Assembly (NCBI RefSeq): GCF_001458695.1
Contig: NZ_LN885086.1
Coordinates: forward strand, 330,001-362,000
Source of the DNA: Candidatus Nitrospira inopinata
Lineage (GTDB): Bacteria; Nitrospirota; Nitrospiria; Nitrospirales; Nitrospiraceae
Length of the DNA: 32,000 bases
Direction: 5' to 3'
In this document: piece by piece, positions 1 through 7,537 of the stretch
Position numbering within the stretch: the first letter of the stretch is position 1
How the letters are laid out: each line of letters starts with the position of its first letter
Made by a program: the position numbers and the translations under genes
Notes under the pieces: generated by a model
What the model saw: the letters and a program-made list of their open reading frames with translations, nothing else
What the model was told of the DNA's origin: nothing
Database searches by the model: none

Positions 1-184
1 TGTGCACGATGGCCGATTGCCCGACGCGCACGCACCACGCGCCCGCTTCCCTCATCGCCTTTGCGGCGGCGGGAGTGGTGCCCAGCGCGACGACATTGTG
101 CCGTTCTCCCAAGGTGCTCCGCAGGCCGGAGACCAGCAGCCGACCCAGCCCGCCGCCCTGTCCGTCGATCACGCAGACTCGCAT
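1..184 (-). CDS. DUF3842-like protein, N-terminal part (gene runs off the left edge)
   Basis: Not in the ORF track because it is open-ended. Reverse-strand ATG at 184-182, just downstream of the nikR stop. Translation is MRVCVIDGQGGGLGRLLVSGLRSTLGERHNVVALGTTPAAAKAMREAG. The M-x-x-x-VIDGQGGG-x-G opening is what I recall for the DUF3842 family. Confidence 0.45.
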   Translation of the reverse strand, partial: MRVCVIDGQGGGLGRLLVSGLRSTLGERHNVVALGTTPAAAKAMREAGAWCVRVGQSAIVH

Positions 185-187
185 GGC

Positions 188-604
188 TCAGACGACTCCT
201 TTTCCCGTAGTCGTCATCGTGAGCTTGCCGTGCTTGACGCCCTTGACGCTGATTACGGCGTCGGCCAGCTTCTTGATATCGGTTCCGCGTCCCCGCACGA
301 CGATAACCTCAAGACAATGGGCATGGTCGAGATGCACGTGCATCCCGGAGAGGATCAGTCCCTGATGCTCGTGTTGGATGTCGGTCAATTTTCTCGTCAA
401 GTCCCGCACGTGGTGGTCGTATACGAAAGTGACGGTCCCGACCGTTTCCCGATCGTGATCCCATTCCTGTCCGACGAGGTCGTCGCGGATCAGATCCCGC
501 AGCGCCTCGGACCGATTGGTATAGCCGCGGGCCCTGATGCGGCGGTCGAAGGCGTCCAGCAGCCGGCCGTCGAGCGAGACGCCGAACCGCACCAATTTCT
601 TCAT
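188..604 (-). CDS. nikR: Nickel-responsive transcriptional regulator NikR
   Basis: The ORF 188..691 was trimmed to the internal ATG at 604 (MKKLVRFGVSLD), which is preceded by AAGGGA. It has an N-terminal ribbon-helix-helix (RGYTNRSEALRDLIRD). The C-terminal part keeps the NikR nickel ligands (QHEHQ, HVHLDH, HCLE) collinear with E. coli NikR. Confidence 0.9.
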   Translation of the reverse strand: MKKLVRFGVSLDGRLLDAFDRRIRARGYTNRSEALRDLIRDDLVGQEWDHDRETVGTVTFVYDHHVRDLTRKLTDIQHEHQGLILSGMHVHLDHAHCLEVIVVRGRGTDIKKLADAVISVKGVKHGKLTMTTTGKGVV

Positions 605-752
605 GGCGTTCCCTTGATTGTTAGTAGCACGATTTTTATTTTCATAGCACTCTTGGCGCCGAATCGCAACCGGCAGATCCCCCTTCACCATGTCTTACGG
701 AATTTTGGGAGAAATGGATGTGCGCCGAAACGGCGATTCGGCGCCGGCCGAC

Positions 753-1652
753 TTACGACGCCGTTTCGTTCTGGGGAGAGGAAATCGCGAGAAGCAGGCA
801 GCCGTCGTCCGTCGATGTATCATGATGGACGGTTCCGGCTTCGGCGCGGTGATAGTCCCCGACCGCCATCGGGCGTCCGGCGATCCGGCAGCCGCCTTCC
901 AGCACGTAGAGCTCTTCCACGGCGGTGTGCCGATGCGGAGCATACCTCGTGCCGGGCGCGAAACGGAGGAGCGTGGTAATCCGCCGGGAGGCCGGATCGA
1001 ACGAGAGCAACTTGGCCGTGACTCCCGGGGCGATTTCTCGCCACGTTCCCTCCGAGGCCTTGATAAAGGTCAAGCCTTTGATCGGTTGTCTGCCGGCGAT
1101 CTTGGCCTTCCAGTACCCGATCCGCTCGGACGTGACCAAACGGATCAGACAAGTCCGCAAGAGGTGTTTCATGGCGGTCCAACGCGATCGCGGCCGGTCG
1201 TCCGGAAGACCGGCGTCTTGAGGGAGAACGGCGCTACGTTCATCGATCGGACCGCTGCTCCGCAGGTCGAACGTCGCGTCGGCATTCCGAACGGCTTGAT
1301 GACTTCCGATACGGGAGAGGAGTCGTTCTCTGAGTGAATCGCTCGGTTTGACGGAACCTGCGCTGAAAGCCACGGTATCGGCGGTCAATTCGAATTGCTC
1401 GGCTTCGCGGGCCGCTTCCAGCGCAATCCGGTCGACGAGCCGGTCGCGAAGAGTCGGCGGTGGCGGCGCCGGTTTCACCGCATAGGCAAGAAGCCCGGCA
1501 AGTTCTTCATAAACCCGGACGGTTTGCCGAAAGGATGGCGATTCATCTTCGATTCTCGCCGTCAAGACCTGCCGATCCTCGATCTCCAAAATCCCCAGAG
1601 CCTGGAGAATCGCCATCTCTTCCCGGTCATGAGGCAATTCGATCCCCGTCAC
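753..1652 (-). CDS. Anti-sigma factor, ChrR-like C-terminal cupin, no zinc (ZAS) motif and no TM segment
   Basis: GTG start overlaps the sigma-factor stop (GTGA at 1649-1652). The N-terminus (ILQALGILEIEDRQVL) resembles anti-sigma N-terminal helices. The C-terminus (RYAPHRHTAVEELYVLEGG...HRAEAGTVHH) is a cupin of the ChrR type. Confidence 0.7.
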   Translation of the reverse strand: MTGIELPHDREEMAILQALGILEIEDRQVLTARIEDESPSFRQTVRVYEELAGLLAYAVKPAPPPPTLRDRLVDRIALEAAREAEQFELTADTVAFSAGSVKPSDSLRERLLSRIGSHQAVRNADATFDLRSSGPIDERSAVLPQDAGLPDDRPRSRWTAMKHLLRTCLIRLVTSERIGYWKAKIAGRQPIKGLTFIKASEGTWREIAPGVTAKLLSFDPASRRITTLLRFAPGTRYAPHRHTAVEELYVLEGGCRIAGRPMAVGDYHRAEAGTVHHDTSTDDGCLLLAISSPQNETAS

Positions 1653-2251
1653 GGCGTCAATCCTTCCTCGTAGGGGGCCAGGGCTTCTCGTAATTTAATC
1701 ATGTCCAATCTGATTCTCGTCTTCACGGTGCCGAGAGGCAACCGCAGGTGCTCCGCAATCTCACTCTGACTCAACCCATAAAAATAGGCCAGCGCGATGG
1801 CGCCGCGCTGCTCGTCGGTCAATGTCGCCAAGGCCTGGCGCACGAACCGTCGGCGCTCCTGCCCCGCCATGTCCTGTTCCGGTGTGTCCCCATCACTGGC
1901 GAACAACTCGGCGGCGTCCAGCGGTTCCAACCGTCCATACTCGGCCGCGCCCGCGCGGAATCGATCGATGGCCCTCGTTCTCGCCAACATCATCAACCAG
2001 GCGCCGGGCGCGCCTCTGGTTTGATCATAGGTATGGGCCTGACGCCATACTTGAGTATACACGTCCAACGTGACTTCCTCGGCGGCCTCGCGATTCTTGA
2101 GAATTTTGAGGGCTAGCCCGAACACCTGGGGGCTTGTCCGATCGTACAACGCGGCGAGCGCGGCCTGATCGCCCTGAGCGGTGAGCGCAATGAGATTGGC
2201 CCACTCTTCGTCTTGCGCCGGCTTGGTCGGTTCCATGGTCATGATCGGCAT
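1649..2251 (-). CDS. ECF (sigma-70 family) RNA polymerase sigma factor
   Basis: The ORF 1649..2419 was trimmed to the ATG at 2251, which follows GGAGGA plus 4 nt. Region 2 (EEVTLDVYTQVWRQAHTYD, AWLMMLARTRAIDRFR) and region 4 (LTDEQRGAIALAYFYGLSQSEIAEHLRLPLGTVKTRIR) are both present. Confidence 0.85.
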   Translation of the reverse strand: MPIMTMEPTKPAQDEEWANLIALTAQGDQAALAALYDRTSPQVFGLALKILKNREAAEEVTLDVYTQVWRQAHTYDQTRGAPGAWLMMLARTRAIDRFRAGAAEYGRLEPLDAAELFASDGDTPEQDMAGQERRRFVRQALATLTDEQRGAIALAYFYGLSQSEIAEHLRLPLGTVKTRIRLDMIKLREALAPYEEGLTP

Positions 2252-3203
2252 ACGGTCCTCCATCGCTCTACGAGTACGGGCCTGGGAGGAAGATCGGATT
2301 GCCGGTTGCTGGACGTTGATCGCTCGGTCGCGCGGGGCACTATAACACCGCATACATGGGTCGGCAAGAAAACCCGCCTCCATGAATACACCAAAAAATA
2401 GATCCGACCGGACGATCACCTCGTAGTGAGGAACGGACCGCCGGCATGAACGACATCACGCGACAGATGAGCAGCCCCAGTGATACCGAGACAAACTCTC
2501 CGCCACCCTCTTCCAGCAGCGCCGGTTCTAACAGACCAGGGCCAGCCACGCTTCCGGTCATGTTCGCTCATCCCGCCGGAAATGCCCGGGTGGGACAGAA
2601 GGTGTTCCGCTTTGAGACATTCGGAAATTAAAAATCGGGAATTAAAAAATCCGGACCGGCGCAGTCAGGTTGCCGCAGGGTATCGCCGCCGCGGGCATCA
2701 CGCCGCAAGCGACATCATCAGAACGACAGATCCAAATCGAACATCGTCTCGTAATGATGAACAAAGGGCCGTCTTCGGAGGCATCGACGTATTCAAGCTC
2801 AATGACCAAGGGGAACATTCAAACCATGTGGGGGTACCGGGGTCCGGAAGTCATGACGGCGCGGCTCCGGAACTAATTCTTTTATCGGTCTCGGTCGCCG
2901 ATGAAACCTCCGCGCAATCAGGAGTGAGCCGATGAATGCCTATCGTAAACTGGATATCAATCTGTCTCCTCGCCGGAACCCCCTCAAGGAAGACCTTCGT
3001 CAATTCGCCCGGATGGTCTTGCACCCGGCCGCCGCAGCCCTCGATCGCCTCAGCGACCCCACAATACGTGATCGATCCAGGCTCTCGAATCGCATGATGA
3101 ACTGGCCATCTCGTGCCTATCACAAGCCATTCGCTCCGTCGAAGATTTCGCAATCCGGGTGGAGAAAACGGCATCGGGCAACCATCAATAAAAGGAGGAA
3201 CCA

Positions 3204-3433
3204 TGAGATCGTCTGTGTATTCGTCCCTCGGTGTCGTGCTCGCGCTCGGACTCTTGTCCGGCTGCAGCGGCAGCGGCAGCGACACCGTACCCGTCGTCTC
3301 GCCGACCGGCCCCGTCGCCGCGATAGAGGACCAACGTGATTTGCCCGAACCGGAGGCGCTGACGTCGGAGGAAGCCACGCTGGTCGGCCAAGCCGAATCC
3401 GAACCCGATCCGGCCTCATTGCCGGATTTGTAA
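3204..3433 (+). CDS. Small lipoprotein, acidic and Pro-rich tail
   Basis: AGGAGG lies 5 nt before the ATG at 3204. The signal peptide carries a lipobox (LALGLLSGC). The gene sits immediately upstream of the DUF4331 gene on the same strand. Confidence 0.55.
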
Positions 3434-3477
3434 TCCACCCCGCTCGTGGAGCGGATCAACTCAGAAGGGAGGACCCC

Positions 3478-4965
3478 ATGTTCGCTCGAATTCGACCGCT
3501 CATCCTGACCGTGCTGGCGCTGTTTGTCGCGACGCCGGTCTTGGCCGCCAGCCACCGCGAGGCCCCGTTGATCGCCAATGATCCGACGGCGGACATCACG
3601 GACTTCTATTTCTTCCGGAGCTGGCAGGACCCAGACAAAGCCGTCCTGATCATGAACGTGATCCCCGGCCAGGAGCCGGGATCAGGCCCCAACTATTTCA
3701 ACTTCGCGGACGACGTGTTGTACGAAATTCATATCGACAACAATAAAAACAATATCGCCGCCGACATCGTGTATCAGATCCGTTTCAAGACCGAGATCCG
3801 CCCGCCGGGCAATGTCTTTCCGCTGTCCTATGTCGCGCTTCCACCGATCACGGCCCTCACGGGAAGCGGGTCGGAAGGACTGCTCCTCCGTCAAAGTTAC
3901 ACGGTGACGGAAGTCCGCTACGGCCGGCGACCGAGAGATCTCGGTACCGGCGTGATGTATGCCGTCCCCTCCAACGTGGGTCCCCGCACGATGCCGAACT
4001 GCGAGAGTCTCGCCGAGAAGGGCATCTATCCGCTGAGGAACGGCGGGCGAGTGTTTGCGGGTCAGCGTGATGAGACCTTCTACATCGACCTCGGTGGGAC
4101 GTTCGACGCGCTGAATCTGCACATCTCGCCGATTCTGTCCGACGCCGACGATGCCGACGACTCGATCATCGTCGGAGCGCCGGCATCCGGGAACGCCGAT
4201 ACGTTCAGCGGGTTCAACGTCAACACGATCGCGTTGGAAATCCCCATCAGTGAACTCGTCGGACCGAGGGGGAACAAGGTCCTCGGCGCCTATGCCACCG
4301 CGAGCCGGCCGAAAGTCAGCGTCATCAAGAAGAACGGCGACCGTCAGAACAGCCGCCGGTTTGTCCAGGTGGCGCGGATGGGCAATCCGTTGGTCAACGA
4401 GCTGATCATCCCGACGACCATGAAGGATAAGTGGAACGCGACCGATGCGGAAGACGAGAACGAGTTTGTCTCGTTCTACTGCAACTCCGCGCTGGCCACG
4501 GCGCTCGATACCGTGTTCGGCACCGGCTTCCCGACGGCAGGGCGTGAGGATCTCGTGAACGCGTTGCTTCGGTACGCACCCGGGCCATCGGTGTGCGGAT
4601 CGGGGAGAATCAATGAAAGGCTGGCCGACCTTCTGCGCGTCGATCTGGATATTCCTCCCACTCCGGCCGCCGCCCAGAAGCGACTGGGGCCGCTCGCCCA
4701 TGACGCAAGCGGCAATGCGACGCCGGATAGGGCCGGCTGGCCGAACGGCCGCCGGCCGAACGATGACGTCACCGACGTGGCCTTGCGCGTGGTGGCCGGA
4801 ATTTTGACGAACCCCGTGCCGAATCTCGGAGACGGCGTGAACTTCAATGTCGGGTCCGTCGGCGGCAATAAGACCGACAACGGTATCGCATTGGGGTTTC
4901 CCTTCCTTCCGACACCGCATGACGGACGGGACCGTCGGCATATCGATCCCCAGGAGAACTATTAA
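3478..4965 (+). CDS. DUF4331 domain protein, secreted
   Basis: GGGAGGA Shine-Dalgarno. The signal peptide ends ...TPVLA and is followed by the family hallmark ASHREAPLIANDPTADITDFYFF. This is the clean long ORF; the antisense 469-aa ORF is a shadow. Confidence 0.85.
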   Translation: MFARIRPLILTVLALFVATPVLAASHREAPLIANDPTADITDFYFFRSWQDPDKAVLIMNVIPGQEPGSGPNYFNFADDVLYEIHIDNNKNNIAADIVYQIRFKTEIRPPGNVFPLSYVALPPITALTGSGSEGLLLRQSYTVTEVRYGRRPRDLGTGVMYAVPSNVGPRTMPNCESLAEKGIYPLRNGGRVFAGQRDETFYIDLGGTFDALNLHISPILSDADDADDSIIVGAPASGNADTFSGFNVNTIALEIPISELVGPRGNKVLGAYATASRPKVSVIKKNGDRQNSRRFVQVARMGNPLVNELIIPTTMKDKWNATDAEDENEFVSFYCNSALATALDTVFGTGFPTAGREDLVNALLRYAPGPSVCGSGRINERLADLLRVDLDIPPTPAAAQKRLGPLAHDASGNATPDRAGWPNGRRPNDDVTDVALRVVAGILTNPVPNLGDGVNFNVGSVGGNKTDNGIALGFPFLPTPHDGRDRRHIDPQENY

Positions 4966-5062
4966 CCGTCCTGGTGGGAGGCGCCGCGCCGAGGTGCGAC
5001 GCCTCCCACCGTTCCCGAACATGGCATGACCCGGCGGCCGCACCGATATTCGAGAATAGACC

Positions 5063-6250
5063 ATGAATCGACTCCTTACCGTGGTCGGCATGATCGGCTG
5101 GTTCGTGTTGAGTGAAGTCGGCGCCTCGTACTCCGAGCCCTACCGGCCGACGGATGATGCGCGGGTCCTTGAGCGACTGAGTTTGAGAGCGTCCGATCCC
5201 TTCGCGCGCGAGATCGAACCCCTGCGAGCCGATCTGCGGCGGAATCCTCGCAATCTCGAGACTGCGGTCATACTGGCCGCTCGCTACATTGAACAAGGGC
5301 GATCGGAAGGCGACCCCCGTTTTCTTGGGCAAGCGCAGGCGGCCCTCAGTCCTTGGTGGAGCCGACCGACCCCTCCGCCCGCCGTGCTCCTCTTGCGAGC
5401 GACGATCAGGCAGAACGCCCATGAATTCGATCTCGCCCTGGCCGACCTCGATCAAGCGCCGGCGGTTCAACCGACCAACGCCCAAGCCTGGCTGACCAAA
5501 GCCTCCATCCTCCAGGTACAGGCTCGTTACGACGATGCGCGCCGAGCCTGCCGGAGGCTCGCACGGCTGGCTGCCTCTCATGTGCTTCTCGGATGCCTGG
5601 GAGACATCGCTGGAGTGACGGGCCAGTCGGCAAAGAGCCGAGCGTCACTCCGAGGGGTGCTGTCCGACCCAGGTCTTTCAGGTCGGGAGCGGATCTGGAT
5701 TGCGACGATCCTGGCCGAAACAGCCGCCCGCGCCGGGGCCATTCGTGATGCCGAGCAAGCCTTCGCCGACGCCTTCAAGGTCGGCATCAAGGATCAATAT
5801 TTGCTCGGTGCCTATGCGGATTTCCTGCTGGACCAGGGCCGGCATCGGGACGTCGTCTCTTTACTCCGACCTGAAACACGAGCCGATGGACTGCTCTTGC
5901 GATTGGCTCTCGCGGAGCAGGCGTTGAACCTGCCCGCGCTCCAGAACCATACGGCCGAATTGGCGGCTCGCTTCGCCGCGGCTCGCGAGCGCGGGACGAC
6001 CGTCCATGCCAGGGAGGAAGCGCGGTTTACGCTGGCGTTGTTGGGGGATTCGAAACGAGCGCTGGCGTTGGCTCGTGAGAATTGGAACGTCCAGCGGGAA
6101 CCGGCGGATGCCAGGATTCTCCTCGAATGTGCGCTGATAGCTGGAAACCGTGCGGCAGCTCAGCCGGCGCTCGATTGGATGAAACTTAACCGCGTGGAAG
6201 ACTTTCATCTGCAACGGCTCGCGCGGCAATTCCAGGAGGCCGCATTGTAA
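5063..6250 (+). CDS. TPR-repeat protein with N-terminal signal/anchor
   Basis: Ala/Leu/Arg-rich helical repeats run throughout (AVILAARYIEQGR, AQAWLTKASILQVQARYDDARRACRRL). The stop overlaps the start of the next gene (TAATG at 6248-6252). Confidence 0.7.
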   Translation: MNRLLTVVGMIGWFVLSEVGASYSEPYRPTDDARVLERLSLRASDPFAREIEPLRADLRRNPRNLETAVILAARYIEQGRSEGDPRFLGQAQAALSPWWSRPTPPPAVLLLRATIRQNAHEFDLALADLDQAPAVQPTNAQAWLTKASILQVQARYDDARRACRRLARLAASHVLLGCLGDIAGVTGQSAKSRASLRGVLSDPGLSGRERIWIATILAETAARAGAIRDAEQAFADAFKVGIKDQYLLGAYADFLLDQGRHRDVVSLLRPETRADGLLLRLALAEQALNLPALQNHTAELAARFAAARERGTTVHAREEARFTLALLGDSKRALALARENWNVQREPADARILLECALIAGNRAAAQPALDWMKLNRVEDFHLQRLARQFQEAAL

Positions 6251-7374
6251 TGCGTACCCTGCTTGTCATCGCCTGGCTTCTCGTCAGTCTCCCTGCTTGG
6301 GCCCACAAGCCCAGCGACGGCTATCTTTCCCTGTCGATTCAGCACGATCACATTGAAGGGCAGTGGGACATCGCGTTACGCGATCTCGACAATGCGATCG
6401 GATTAGACAGTGATGGAAACGGCGAACTCACCTGGGGAGAAGTCCGGAACAAGCATGATGCGATCCAGGCCTATGCCCTGTCTCGTCTGACACTATCCGC
6501 CGATCTACAGGCCTGTGCGACGCAGGTGCTGGAACAACTCATCGATCATCACACGGACGGAGCCTACTCGGTCCTGCGTTTCCGTTCAGATTGCGGCCGG
6601 ACAATCCAACGGCTCCATGTGGACTACCGACTGCTCTTCGACATCGACGCGCAACACAAGGGACTTCTTCGCTTGACCCAGGGCGGACACACCGGCACCG
6701 CCATTTTCAGTCAGGAGTCTCCGGCTCAAACATTCTCCATGGCGACCCGATCGCGCTGGATCGAAAGCGCCCAATTCATTCACGAGGGCATCTGGCACAT
6801 CTGGCTGGGGTTCGACCATGTCTTGTTTCTGCTTGTCCTCCTCCTTCCCGCCGTCTTAGTCCGAGTCGACGGCCGTTGGCAGGCCGTCACGGATTTCTCG
6901 ACGGTCTGGTGGAACGTCGTCAATATCGTCACGGCCTTTACCATCGCTCATTCGCTGACCTTGAGTCTGGCCGCCCTCGATATCGTCCACTTACCGTCCC
7001 GCTTAGTGGAATCGACCATCGCCGCCTCGGTTGTGCTCGCGGGGCTTGGTAATCTGTACCCCGCGATGGTGGCTCGTCGTTGGACGATCGCCTTTGGATT
7101 TGGGCTTATCCATGGATTCGGGTTTGCCGCGGCACTCACGGACCTAGGATTGCCTCAGAACTCAATAATGCTGAGCTTGGTCAGCTTCAACATCGGGGTG
7201 GAACTCGGCCAGATCGCCATCGTCGCCACGTTCTTGCCGCTTGCTTACCTGACCCGCCGCTCCTGGTCCTACCCAAGATTCGTCCTGGCCGGCGGATCGC
7301 TGGCGGTGACCGCCGTCGCGCTGATCTGGTTCACTGAACGGGCCTTCGACCTTCAATTGTTCGCCCACCAATAA
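6250..7374 (+). CDS. HupE/UreJ-family membrane protein with about 190-aa periplasmic N-terminal domain
   Basis: The signal peptide ends AWA-HKPSDG. The C-terminal half has multiple TM helices with HupE/UreJ-like motifs (HIWLGFDHVLFLL, AFTIAHSLTLS, GLIHGFGFA, NIGVELGQ). Confidence 0.75.
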   Translation: MRTLLVIAWLLVSLPAWAHKPSDGYLSLSIQHDHIEGQWDIALRDLDNAIGLDSDGNGELTWGEVRNKHDAIQAYALSRLTLSADLQACATQVLEQLIDHHTDGAYSVLRFRSDCGRTIQRLHVDYRLLFDIDAQHKGLLRLTQGGHTGTAIFSQESPAQTFSMATRSRWIESAQFIHEGIWHIWLGFDHVLFLLVLLLPAVLVRVDGRWQAVTDFSTVWWNVVNIVTAFTIAHSLTLSLAALDIVHLPSRLVESTIAASVVLAGLGNLYPAMVARRWTIAFGFGLIHGFGFAAALTDLGLPQNSIMLSLVSFNIGVELGQIAIVATFLPLAYLTRRSWSYPRFVLAGGSLAVTAVALIWFTERAFDLQLFAHQ

Positions 7375-7537
7375 AACGCTCCTGCTTCCCGCTCCCAAGA
7401 TTCGGAAAAGCCGTCGCCCCATCGTTTTTCCAAGGAGAGGAACTGCTTCTTGGATCGCCTCGCTGCATTGCGGCGACCCAGCGGTTTTAATATCCGGCGG
7501 TCGTTCGACAGGATGTGAGCAGAAACGGCCCCGCCCT

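Noticed and set aside
2-979. 325-aa + strand ORF covering the nikR and anti-sigma region
   Set aside because: It is antisense to two genes with strong family signatures, is Arg/Pro/Gly-rich and has no recognisable motifs. This is a typical shadow ORF in G+C-rich DNA.
2851-3555. 234-aa minus-strand ORF spanning the debris region and the lipoprotein gene
   Set aside because: It overlaps the well-supported lipoprotein gene and the DUF4331 start on the other strand. It is Ser/Arg-rich with no motif and no ribosome-binding site.
3682-5091. 469-aa minus-strand ORF
   Set aside because: It is fully antisense to the DUF4331 gene, which has the SHREAP hallmark, a signal peptide and a strong Shine-Dalgarno sequence. 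The antisense product is Arg-rich and low-complexity.
6370-6384. Perfect 15-bp palindrome ATCGCGTTACGCGAT, considered as a NikR-type operator (GTAAC-like half sites)
   Set aside because: It lies well inside the HupE-like coding sequence (DIALRDLD), far from any promoter. It is a single occurrence, so most likely chance.
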